The notes under the pieces were generated by a model, which saw only the letters and a program-made list of their open reading frames with translations, did no database searches and was not told the DNA's origin. This document shows positions 10,047 through 18,721 of a stretch of 64,000 bases of DNA, piece after piece. Source of the stretch: Acidobacteria bacterium 28-9. Its GTDB lineage: Bacteria; Acidobacteriota; Blastocatellia; Pyrinomonadales; Pyrinomonadaceae. The stretch spans positions 73,247-137,246 of the forward strand of contig MWYY01000062.1 of assembly GCA_002050355.1 (NCBI GenBank), in the 5' to 3' direction. Both the position numbers and the translations under genes were made by a program. Position 1 is the stretch's first letter. Each line of letters opens with the position of its first letter.

Positions 10047-10577
10047 TTATTTCAGGCGAAAGCTGTTTATCATCTCGTTTATTCTATGAATGTAAACGTC
10101 TCTAAACGGCTGCAGAACTAAAACTTGCAGATTGTATGTCTTTTGCCGCTGGCGGCTTTCGACGATTTTTCGGAAATCAATCATTGAAAAATCGTCTTCC
10201 GTTTTCTCGCTTTCGAGCAGAAAGACTTTTTCGTCGCCTGAAGCATTTCCCAAAACTCTCTCCGACAATATTTTATCTGCTAAACTTTTAGCTTTCGCGC
10301 CTTCGCCATCAAAATTCAAACCGCTTGTAACTGTCAGAAATGCCTGCGCCTGCCGGATGTTTCGTGTATTCTTTTCGCCGTATCCGCGCGAATATGCTTC
10401 AAATAAAAATTCGGAATTTCCTTCGAGCGGACTCATAAAGCCTTCGGGTTTCGCAATCGCAAATTCGTCCTTTTCAATAAATTCCGGCACAAAGGCTTGC
10501 CCCGCGCTTTTTTTTATTTTTGTCGAAACGAAAACCATCAGCGCAACGACGACAATTCCAACAATAAAAATTTCCAT
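10047..10577 (-). CDS. Hypothetical membrane-anchored protein
   Basis: One N-terminal TM helix (MEIFIVGIVVVALMVFV). No family recognised. It sits between rlmN and the DsbD-like gene on the same strand. Confidence 0.5.
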   Translation of the reverse strand: MEIFIVGIVVVALMVFVSTKIKKSAGQAFVPEFIEKDEFAIAKPEGFMSPLEGNSEFLFEAYSRGYGEKNTRNIRQAQAFLTVTSGLNFDGEGAKAKSLADKILSERVLGNASGDEKVFLLESEKTEDDFSMIDFRKIVESRQRQKTYNLQVLVLQPFRDVYIHRINEMINSFRLK

Positions 10578-10616
10578 AAACTAAAATGAAATTATGATGC
10601 AAATGAACACTAAATC

Positions 10617-11702
10617 TTAACCTGAAATCTGCACCAAATTCGGCGCGTCTTTCGCCGCCAGTTGTCCACACGCCGCGTAAATGTCGCGCCCGCGCGGGCG
10701 ACGCACGTAAGCGGAGACACCTTTCGATTCTAAAATCGTCTGAAAGCGTTCGACTTGTTCCCAGGATGTCGGTTTGTATTCGAGCGGTTCGGCGGAATTG
10801 TGCGGTATTAGATTTATTTTTACTCGCTGCAAATCATACCGGTTCAGTAAATTAGCCAATGCGCGCGCTTGTTCGTCCGAGTCGTTAACGCCGCCGAGGA
10901 GAACGTATTCAAATGTGAAACGCTCGCCGCGGCGCATGGATTTCTCAAATTCTTTTGCCGCCGCAAAAAGTTCTTCGATGTTCCAACGCCGGTTTATCGG
11001 CATCAATTTGTCGCGCAGTTCGTCGTTCGGCGCGGAAAGCGAAATTGCTAAATGAGGACGTTTTTCAAGCCGCGCAAATTCATAAATTTTCGGCACAATT
11101 CCGGCGGTTGAAACGGTAACGCGGTTCGGCACGATAAAAAGTCCGTCCGCTTCGCTCATAATGTCCAGAGCTTTTATTAGATTTTCAAAATTTAAGAACG
11201 GCTCGCCCGCGCCCATTCCGACAAGATTTGTGCCGTGCGGCGTTTCCGCGCCCGTTCCATAAACGTCATTTAAGACAACAATTATCTGCTCGACGATTTC
11301 TCCGGCGGTTAGATTCCTCAATAAACCCAACTTCGCCGTCAAGCAAAAATCGCATTTGAGCGGGCAGCCCGACTGTGATGAAAAACAAATCGTGTCGCGG
11401 TTTTCCGTCGGAATAAAAACCGTCTCGACCGGAAGATTGTCGCGAGTTTTCATCAGAAAACGGCGCGTTCCGTCTTCGGAAACGAAGCGCGATTCGACTT
11501 TTAACGTCGAAGCCGTCGCCGTTTTATTCAACTTTTCGCGTAAAGTCTTCGGCAAATCCGTCATTTCCTCGAATGAACCTAAACGCCTTTGGTGCAAGCC
11601 TTTGAAAATCTGCGCGGCGCGAAATCGAGGCTCGCCGAGGTTTTCGGCAAAATCGGCTAATTCATTTTTTGAAAGTGCGGTCAGATGAATTTTTTCGCTC
11701 AT
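10617..11702 (-). CDS. rlmN: 23S rRNA/tRNA (adenine-C2)-methyltransferase RlmN (radical SAM)
   Basis: Radical-SAM CPLKCDFC motif, an N-terminal RFRAAQIFKGLH block, a C-terminal ACGQL motif, 361 aa. Confidence 0.9.
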   Translation of the reverse strand: MSEKIHLTALSKNELADFAENLGEPRFRAAQIFKGLHQRRLGSFEEMTDLPKTLREKLNKTATASTLKVESRFVSEDGTRRFLMKTRDNLPVETVFIPTENRDTICFSSQSGCPLKCDFCLTAKLGLLRNLTAGEIVEQIIVVLNDVYGTGAETPHGTNLVGMGAGEPFLNFENLIKALDIMSEADGLFIVPNRVTVSTAGIVPKIYEFARLEKRPHLAISLSAPNDELRDKLMPINRRWNIEELFAAAKEFEKSMRRGERFTFEYVLLGGVNDSDEQARALANLLNRYDLQRVKINLIPHNSAEPLEYKPTSWEQVERFQTILESKGVSAYVRRPRGRDIYAACGQLAAKDAPNLVQISG

Positions 11703-11801
11703 TGCAATTTTATTTTACCTCAATTCTGACGAAACGCGCACCGACTAAATTTTCAATAGTTTGTGATAAACTTTTTGAAAATCCGTTTGGCGCGAAATTT
11801 T

Positions 11802-12695
11802 ATGATAAACAAACCCATTATCGGCGGCATTATCGCTTTGGCAATCGTTGGTTTGATTGCGTATTTTTGTTTTTGGTTCGGAAAAAAAACTGTTGACGAG
11901 TTGCAGCAGACGAACACAAATACATCGGTGGAGCCGCAAATAATTTTGCCGCCGACAACGCCGGAGGAAGCCGAGCGGGTTTTTCTGGCTCTGGGAAATC
12001 CAAGCAATGCAACCAGCAGAACATCGAATCGGGACAATTATTTAATTGTAAATACGGCTTACACGCTTTCTTACAACAGCGGCAAAGGCACGGCGAATTG
12101 GGTCGCGTGGCGCATTGCCGAGAGCGATTTCGGAATAGCTGACCGGCAAAATAATTTTCGTCCCGATACGAGTTTGCCGCAAGGTTTTACCCGCGTAACG
12201 CCTGCCGATTACACGGGAAGCGGGTTTGACCGCGGGCATTTGTGTCCGAGCGCCGACCGTTCGACCAGTCCCGAAGCCAACGGCAAGACCTTTTTGATGA
12301 CGAATATTATTCCGCAGACAGGCGACTTGAACCGCAACGTTTGGGAGCGGTTTGAAACTTATTCGCGCGGCTTGGTCAAAAAAGGAAAGGTAGATTTATA
12401 CGTCGTCTCAGGCGTTTACGGCGAAAAAGGAAAACTCAAAAACAAAGTTGTCGTGCCGACCAATTGCTGGAAAATAATCGTCGCCGTTCCGCAAGGCGCA
12501 AACGTTTCTGCCGCCGTCAACGAAAACACACACGTTATTGCAGTTGATATGCCGAATGTTACGGGTATTGCCAACGAAGATTGGCGAAAATTCCGCACGA
12601 CCGTACGCTCAATAGAACAACGCACCGGTTACAATTTTCTCTCGAACCTGCCGCAAAATTTGCAAGACGCGCTGGAGACGCGCATGGAAAATTAA
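11802..12695 (+). CDS. DNA/RNA non-specific endonuclease (NucA/EndoG family), membrane-anchored
   Basis: DRGHLCP active-site motif and NxxPQ (TNIIPQ). N-terminal TM is IIGGIIALAIVGLIAYF. Start at ATG 11802 is preferred over 11763. Confidence 0.8.
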   Translation: MINKPIIGGIIALAIVGLIAYFCFWFGKKTVDELQQTNTNTSVEPQIILPPTTPEEAERVFLALGNPSNATSRTSNRDNYLIVNTAYTLSYNSGKGTANWVAWRIAESDFGIADRQNNFRPDTSLPQGFTRVTPADYTGSGFDRGHLCPSADRSTSPEANGKTFLMTNIIPQTGDLNRNVWERFETYSRGLVKKGKVDLYVVSGVYGEKGKLKNKVVVPTNCWKIIVAVPQGANVSAAVNENTHVIAVDMPNVTGIANEDWRKFRTTVRSIEQRTGYNFLSNLPQNLQDALETRMEN

Positions 12696-12774
12696 ATGTA
12701 TTTATTTAATTTTCCACAAAATGTTTCGAGCATTTCTGAAACTCAATGAAATTTTCACCGTAAAAAGTTAAATT

Positions 12775-13329
12775 ATGAAAAGAAAACTTTTTATAGGGGT
12801 TGTGAGTTTACTACTGGCTTATCAATCCGTTATGGCGCAGACAACAAGCGAAACAAAAACGGCTGCAAATCCGGCGGATGTTTCCTCGATAGAAGCGATT
12901 ATGAAAGCCGTCTATGACGTGATTTCCGGCGAAGCAGGACAAAAGCGTGATTGGAACCGCTTTCGCTCGCTTTTTCATCCGAACGCGCGAATGATTCCTT
13001 CGGGGAAAAATCCGCAAACCGGCACTTTCGGCGCACGTGCTTTGACGCCGGAAGAATACATCAAACGAAGCGAGCCTTTTATGGAAAAGGAAGGATTTTT
13101 CGAGAGAGAAATCGCACGGCGCACGGATTCTTACGGCAACATCGCACAGGTTTTTTCAACCTATGCTTCCTTTCATAAAGCCGACGACAAAAAGCCTTTC
13201 GCACGTGGCATTAACAGTTTTCAGCTTCTCAACGACGGCAAACGCTGGTGGGTAATAACGATTTACTGGCAAGGCGAAACGCCGGAAAATCCGCTCCCGA
13301 AAAAATATTTGAAAAGCAATAAAGATTAG
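12775..13329 (+). CDS. Secreted hypothetical protein, NTF2-like
   Basis: Signal peptide is present. The C-terminal RWWVITIYWQGE is typical of NTF2-fold proteins. The assignment is weak. Confidence 0.5.
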   Translation: MKRKLFIGVVSLLLAYQSVMAQTTSETKTAANPADVSSIEAIMKAVYDVISGEAGQKRDWNRFRSLFHPNARMIPSGKNPQTGTFGARALTPEEYIKRSEPFMEKEGFFEREIARRTDSYGNIAQVFSTYASFHKADDKKPFARGINSFQLLNDGKRWWVITIYWQGETPENPLPKKYLKSNKD

Positions 13330-13404
13330 TTTTCGTGAATCATAAACAGTAAATAGTCGGATTTGAGCAAACGACAAAACTATTTAAGAATCACCCGCTA
13401 ATTT

Positions 13405-13866
13405 ATGGCAGAGCATATTCTGACGCGAAAGTTGACTTTGGATTTGCCGCGCGAAAAGGTTTTCGAGTTTTTCGCCGATGCGGGAAATTTGGAACGCATT
13501 ACGCCGCCGGAACTCAAATTTCACATTATCTCCGCGCAGCCAATTATTCTCGGCAAAGGAGTTTCGATTGATTACCAATTAAAACTGCGCGGTTTTCCGG
13601 TTAAATGGCGCACTGAGATTTCCGAATGGAATCCGCCGCATTTGTTTGTTGACCGGGCGTTGAAAAGTCCGTATCGACAATGGATTCATCGCCACGTTTT
13701 TTCCGAAAACGAGAGCGGCGGAACGGACATTGAAGACGTTGTGCGTTACCGTCTACCGCTCGAACCTTTCGGAGATTTAGCGCATTGGTTTGTCAGCCGC
13801 GAACTCGATTATATTTTTGATTACCGGCAAAAGATTGTACGAGAAATTTTGCAGCCGAAAGTGTAA
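13405..13866 (+). CDS. SRPBCC (START/cyclase-dehydrase) family protein
   Basis: 153 aa. The FADAGNLERITPP...F.VKWRTEISEWNPP..F.D....GPY..W.H.H.F pattern is typical of SRPBCC ligand-binding proteins. Confidence 0.7.
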   Translation: MAEHILTRKLTLDLPREKVFEFFADAGNLERITPPELKFHIISAQPIILGKGVSIDYQLKLRGFPVKWRTEISEWNPPHLFVDRALKSPYRQWIHRHVFSENESGGTDIEDVVRYRLPLEPFGDLAHWFVSRELDYIFDYRQKIVREILQPKV

Positions 13867-13907
13867 ATAAAAGTAAAAAGGCAAAAGTAAAGGAGTGATT
13901 TTGCCTT

Positions 13908-14631
13908 TTAAAACTTAATCCAATCGGTAGGCTCTTTGTGATATGAAATTGTAATGCGTGTTTCGGCTCGGAAAAGTTCCGGGCGCATTTGCAGCGCTGT
14001 TTCCGCCATCAGACGCGCCAGATGCGGTTCGTTTGCGCGCTGCGAAAGATGCGCTAAAACGACGTGGCGCGCCGCGCCGTCAAACTCTTCGGTCAGCCAG
14101 TCGGACAATTCTTCGTTCGATAAATGTCCGGTTCTGGACAAAATTCTCTGCTTCAATTCCCAAGTGTAAATCGCGCATGTTTTAAGCATATCGCGGCTGT
14201 GATTTGACTCGATAACTATTGCGTCGCAGCAGCGAAGTTTTTCTTTTACGAGCGTCGTAAAACAGCCTAAATCCATCACGGTTGCGATGCGGACGCCCGC
14301 GTGTTTAGCGACGAATCCGAAATTGTCTGCTGCGTCGTGCGGCACTGAAAACGGCTCGAAATCAATGTCGCCGATGCGAAAGTCGCGGCTTGATTCTATC
14401 TCGATTGTCCGATTTTTTATCGCTTCAACTCTTTTATTCGCCTCGTTGTCTTGCCGATTCGTGTCGCGCAGGTAAGCATCTCGCGTTTCGCGGGAAATAA
14501 ACACCGGACAATTTAAGGTTTTGAGCAAAACGCGCAACCCGCCTACGTGATCGCTGTGTTCGTGCGTGATGAGAACCGCGTCTAAATCTGCAAAGTCAAT
14601 GCCGACAAAGGCAAGCCGACGCAGAGTTTCC
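13908..14631 (-). pseudogene. 5'-truncated duplicate of the MBL-fold hydrolase gene (lacks the first ~25 codons)
   Basis: Identical to 14832-15555. The listed ORF start at 14654 lies in the antisense of the duplicated SRPBCC fragment and adds 8 foreign residues (MSVPPLSL). Confidence 0.6.
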
Positions 14632-14790
14632 AACGAGAGCGGCGGAACGGACATTGAAGACGTTGTGCGTTACCGTCTACCGCTCGAACCTTTCGGAGAT
14701 TTAGCGCATTGGTTTGTCAGCCGCGAACTCGATTATATTTTTGATTACCGGCAAAAGATTGTACGAGAAATTTTGCAGCCGAAAGTGTAA
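14632..14790 (+). pseudogene. Duplicated 3' fragment (last ~52 codons) of the SRPBCC gene, with no start
   Basis: Identical to 13708-13866. It is fused at 14631/14632 to the antisense of the MBL gene. Confidence 0.6.
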
Positions 14791-14831
14791 ATAAAAGTAA
14801 AAAGGCAAAAGTAAAGGAGTGATTTTGCCTT

Positions 14832-15653
14832 TTAAAACTTAATCCAATCGGTAGGCTCTTTGTGATATGAAATTGTAATGCGTGTTTCGGCTCGGAAAAG
14901 TTCCGGGCGCATTTGCAGCGCTGTTTCCGCCATCAGACGCGCCAGATGCGGTTCGTTTGCGCGCTGCGAAAGATGCGCTAAAACGACGTGGCGCGCCGCG
15001 CCGTCAAACTCTTCGGTCAGCCAGTCGGACAATTCTTCGTTCGATAAATGTCCGGTTCTGGACAAAATTCTCTGCTTCAATTCCCAAGTGTAAATCGCGC
15101 ATGTTTTAAGCATATCGCGGCTGTGATTTGACTCGATAACTATTGCGTCGCAGCAGCGAAGTTTTTCTTTTACGAGCGTCGTAAAACAGCCTAAATCCAT
15201 CACGGTTGCGATGCGGACGCCCGCGTGTTTAGCGACGAATCCGAAATTGTCTGCTGCGTCGTGCGGCACTGAAAACGGCTCGAAATCAATGTCGCCGATG
15301 CGAAAGTCGCGGCTTGATTCTATCTCGATTGTCCGATTTTTTATCGCTTCAACTCTTTTATTCGCCTCGTTGTCTTGCCGATTCGTGTCGCGCAGGTAAG
15401 CATCTCGCGTTTCGCGGGAAATAAACACCGGACAATTTAAGGTTTTGAGCAAAACGCGCAACCCGCCTACGTGATCGCTGTGTTCGTGCGTGATGAGAAC
15501 CGCGTCTAAATCTGCAAAGTCAATGCCGACAAAGGCAAGCCGACGCAGAGTTTCCTTTGCGCTGAGACCTGCATCAACCAAAATTTTTGTTTTTTCGGTG
15601 CAGATTAAAACGGAGTTTCCCGTCGAACCGCTGCCGAGAACTGTGAACCTCAT
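14832..15653 (-). CDS. MBL-fold metallo-hydrolase (intact copy)
   Basis: N-terminal LGSGSTGN, then the HxHxDH motif (THEHSDHVGG) and C-terminal AHLS. 273 aa. Confidence 0.8.
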   Translation of the reverse strand: MRFTVLGSGSTGNSVLICTEKTKILVDAGLSAKETLRRLAFVGIDFADLDAVLITHEHSDHVGGLRVLLKTLNCPVFISRETRDAYLRDTNRQDNEANKRVEAIKNRTIEIESSRDFRIGDIDFEPFSVPHDAADNFGFVAKHAGVRIATVMDLGCFTTLVKEKLRCCDAIVIESNHSRDMLKTCAIYTWELKQRILSRTGHLSNEELSDWLTEEFDGAARHVVLAHLSQRANEPHLARLMAETALQMRPELFRAETRITISYHKEPTDWIKF

Positions 15654-15660
15654 TTTTGTA

Positions 15661-15732
15661 TGTAGGTGTTAGTTTTTGGTATCAGGATTTAGTCTGGTTT
15701 TTTACTAAAACCTAACACCTGAAACCTATTAC
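15661..15732. repeat. Hairpin-forming dispersed element, copy A (related to 41121-41190)
   Basis: aggtgttagtttt ... aaaacctaacacct forms an inverted repeat. The right end ctaaaacctaacacctgaaacctattac matches 41157-41184 at 26 of 28 positions. The arms are built of 7-nt periodic units. Confidence 0.55.
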
Positions 15733-16508
15733 TTCTCCTCGACTTTTCCGCGCAGCGCTTTTCCGACAACACGCGTAACGAGCGAATTCGGCAAAAACGC
15801 GCCGAAAACCGAGCCGACGTAATTTGTCCAACCCGAAACGACTTTGGATTTTCTGCTTTTAACCGCGCTCAAAGCCGTTTCAACAACCGCTTCCGGCGTC
15901 TGCATTCCCTTCATTTTAAAGGCTTCGGCGTGCGCCACGTTGAAAAAGTTGGTGTCGGTCGGACCGGGACAAAGCGCTAGAACTTGAATATTAAACGGAC
16001 GATTTTCCTCGGCAATTGCCTCGCTAAACGATGTTACGAAAGCCTTTGTCGCTGCGTAAGTTGCCATAAACGGAACGGGTTGGAAGCTCGCCGTCGAAGA
16101 GACGTTGATAATTACGCCGCTTCGCCGCTCGCGCATTTTTCGCAAATAGCGATGCGTCAAAGCAACCAGAGTTGTTACATTCAAACTTATCATTTCAAGC
16201 TCGCGCTCGAGTTCGAGTTTAGCAAAATCGTCCATCGAACCGAAACCGGCGTTGTTTATCAGCCAATCGATTTCAAATCCGTGTTTTTCAGTTTCGTTGA
16301 AAAGCCGTGCTGTGGCTTCTCTATCAATCAAATCAAGAGCGACGTAATGCGCCATAATTTTGTGTTCGAGCATCAGTTCGTCGCACAATTCGATGAGCTT
16401 TTTTTCGGTTCGCGCAACCAAAACCAGATTGTGTTTTTCCGCCGCCAACCTGCGTGCGAAGGCTTCGCCGATGCCGCCCGACGCGCCCGTGATAAGTGTC
16501 GCTTTCAT
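15729..16508 (-). CDS. SDR family oxidoreductase
   Basis: TGASGGIG cofactor motif, NNAG, and the YAATK catalytic motif. 259 aa. Confidence 0.85.
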   Translation of the reverse strand: MKATLITGASGGIGEAFARRLAAEKHNLVLVARTEKKLIELCDELMLEHKIMAHYVALDLIDREATARLFNETEKHGFEIDWLINNAGFGSMDDFAKLELERELEMISLNVTTLVALTHRYLRKMRERRSGVIINVSSTASFQPVPFMATYAATKAFVTSFSEAIAEENRPFNIQVLALCPGPTDTNFFNVAHAEAFKMKGMQTPEAVVETALSAVKSRKSKVVSGWTNYVGSVFGAFLPNSLVTRVVGKALRGKVEEK

Positions 16509-16570
16509 AAATTTTTTTTCTTCGAAGAAAATTGCAGGATCATTTTTGAAATATTTAAGTTACAGACGAA

Positions 16571-17110
16571 TCACTGCGACTGGTTGAATTTGCGGAAAAA
16601 TTCATCGCGCGTAATAGTATAAAAAACACATTCTGCGCCGTAATGTTGTTCGGTTTTTTGATATTTCATTCCGAGTTTTTCCATAATTCGCCACGAACCT
16701 TTGTTTTCAGGATAAGCGACGGCGACGATTCTTTCGAGCCGCACAATGTTGAATCCGTAATCCAGCCACGCTTTGGCGCATTCAAAACCAATGCCTTTGC
16801 CCCAGAATTCTTTTGTCATTCCATAACCGACTTCGATTTCAGATGTTCCGTCGAGCGGCTGCAGTCCGCTCCAGCCAATCATTTCGCCCGATTCCTTCCA
16901 AAGCATCGCCGACATTCCAAAACCGTATTTCGCGTAACAATCAATATAAAATTGCAGCCGCTTTTCGAGCGCCTCCGCATTTTGCAGGCGCGTGCCGCCG
17001 AGATATTTATTTACTTCCGGGTCGGAACGCAGCTTGACCAGCGTTTCCAAATCTTCGGTCGCAAATCTCCGAATCAAAAGTCTTTCGGTTTCGAGCATAA
17101 AGTCGGTCAA
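16571..17110 (-). CDS. GNAT family N-acetyltransferase (RimJ/RimL-like)
   Basis: LETERLLIRRF start, WGKGIG acetyl-CoA-binding motif. 179 aa. Confidence 0.8.
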   Translation of the reverse strand: MTDFMLETERLLIRRFATEDLETLVKLRSDPEVNKYLGGTRLQNAEALEKRLQFYIDCYAKYGFGMSAMLWKESGEMIGWSGLQPLDGTSEIEVGYGMTKEFWGKGIGFECAKAWLDYGFNIVRLERIVAVAYPENKGSWRIMEKLGMKYQKTEQHYGAECVFYTITRDEFFRKFNQSQ

Positions 17111-17204
17111 AAGTCTTAATGTTCAAAGTCGGTTTTGTCTTAAAATCCTCGAGTGGTTAAATTTCTCATTTATCGTATAATCACAAACGTTATTTATCAA
17201 ACTT

Positions 17205-18713
17205 TTGAGGAAACACGAATTGATTTCAAACGGCGCGACACTCGGCGAAATAGCAGAAAATTTGGGCGCAAAAATTTACGGCGACGCGGAGGCAAAAGCC
17301 TTTGACGTAACGCACGATTCAAGACAGGCAAAGGCGGGCGGACTTTTCGTTGCCGTGCGCGGCTTGACGATGGACGCACATCGCTTCGTCGCGGACGTGA
17401 TGCGGCGCGGCGCGGTCGGCATAATCTCCGAATCAGAAGTTCCGGCAAATTTTCAAGGCGCGTGGCTGCAAGTTGCAAACGCGCGCGTCGCGCTTGCAAA
17501 AGCGGCGGCGGTTATCAACGGTGATCCGTCGCACGATTTAAAGCTCGTCGGAATCACGGGAACGAACGGAAAAACTACAACGACTTATTTAATTTTCGCG
17601 CTTGCCGAAGCCAACGGTGAGAAAGCGGCAATGCTGACGACGGTTGAATATCGCACCGGCGAACGAAGCGAACCGGCAGTTCGCACAACGCCGGAGGCGA
17701 GCGACACACAGCGTTTTTTGCGCGAAGCCGTCAACGAAAATTGTAAAACGGCTGTTATGGAAACATCGTCGCAGGCAATTGACCTTCATCGCTGCGATTG
17801 GCTGAGGTTTCAAGTCGCCGTTTTTACGAATTTAACGCGCGACCATCTCGATTATCATTTGACGATGGAAAATTATTTTGACGCGAAAAAGGCTTTGTTT
17901 GATGGGCGAATCGGTGAAAAACCGGCTTCGAGCGTGATAAATATTGATGACGAATGGGGCGCCAAACTCGCTAATGATTTGAAATCAAACAATCAACGGG
18001 TCGTAACTTTCGCGCAAAATAACCAGGCGGATTTGACGGCGGAAAACGTTGAAGTTTCATTGATTCGAGGAACGTCTTTCGATTTGAAAACACCGCACGG
18101 CAGGAGAAAAATCACGTCGCCGCTCGTCGGCAAGCCGCACGTTTATAATATGCTTTCGGCGACTGCCGCCGCGCTCGAACTCGGCTACGATTTAGACCAA
18201 ATTCAAAAGGGTTTGGAGATGTGTGTCGGCGCGCCCGGACGTTTTGAAAGAGTGCCGAATGACGGAGATTTTGCCGTCGTTGTTGATTACGCGCATTCGG
18301 ACGACGCGCTGCTGAACACTTTGAAAACCGCCCGTGAATTAACGAGCGGAAAAATAATCACAGTTTTCGGCTGCGGCGGCGACCGCGACCGAACAAAGCG
18401 CGAGCCGATGGGCGCAGTTGCGGGAGAAAACAGTGATTTGGCTATCTTAACCTCGGACAATCCGCGAACCGAAGACCCGCTTAAAATTATTTCGCAAATC
18501 GAAGCTGGGTTAAAAGAAACAAATTGCCCATATTTTGTGATTTCAGACCGGCACGAAGCGATTCATCAAGCAATCAGACGAGCAAAATCCGGCGACGTTG
18601 TTTTAATTGCCGGAAAAGGACACGAAACTTATCAAATTATCGGCAGCGAAAAATTTCATTTTGACGACCGCGAAATTGCGCGCGAAGCTTTAGAAAAGCG
18701 GGACGAAGTATAA
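17205..18713 (+). CDS. murE: UDP-N-acetylmuramoyl-L-alanyl-D-glutamate--2,6-diaminopimelate ligase
   Basis: GITGTNGKTTT P-loop, DNPR motif (TSDNPRTEDP), GKGHE. TTG start at 17205. Confidence 0.9.
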   Translation: MRKHELISNGATLGEIAENLGAKIYGDAEAKAFDVTHDSRQAKAGGLFVAVRGLTMDAHRFVADVMRRGAVGIISESEVPANFQGAWLQVANARVALAKAAAVINGDPSHDLKLVGITGTNGKTTTTYLIFALAEANGEKAAMLTTVEYRTGERSEPAVRTTPEASDTQRFLREAVNENCKTAVMETSSQAIDLHRCDWLRFQVAVFTNLTRDHLDYHLTMENYFDAKKALFDGRIGEKPASSVINIDDEWGAKLANDLKSNNQRVVTFAQNNQADLTAENVEVSLIRGTSFDLKTPHGRRKITSPLVGKPHVYNMLSATAAALELGYDLDQIQKGLEMCVGAPGRFERVPNDGDFAVVVDYAHSDDALLNTLKTARELTSGKIITVFGCGGDRDRTKREPMGAVAGENSDLAILTSDNPRTEDPLKIISQIEAGLKETNCPYFVISDRHEAIHQAIRRAKSGDVVLIAGKGHETYQIIGSEKFHFDDREIAREALEKRDEV

Positions 18714-18721
18714 AATTTTAT

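Larger units (their letters stand above)
13708..15555. repeat. Perfect tandem direct duplication, 2 x 924 bp (13708-14631 and 14632-15555)
   Basis: Line-by-line comparison found no mismatch. Every ORF-track entry in copy 1 recurs at +924 with identical translation. Confidence 0.9.

Noticed and set aside
14566-14790. 74-aa plus-strand ORF ending in the SRPBCC C-terminal peptide
   Set aside because: It is a chimeric reading across the duplication junction: antisense MBL sequence fused to the duplicated SRPBCC 3' fragment. It is treated as a by-product of the duplication, not a gene.
15984-16622. 212-aa ORF on the plus strand
   Set aside because: It is antisense to the SDR oxidoreductase gene and the GNAT 3' end. 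The Arg/Cys-rich translation is typical of a wrong-frame reading.
17205-18713. murE standing alone, without mraY/murF/ftsW neighbours
   Set aside because: It is unusual relative to the classic dcw cluster. However, dispersed mur genes occur in many phyla, and the rest of the genome is not visible, so it is not reportable as an anomaly from this window.
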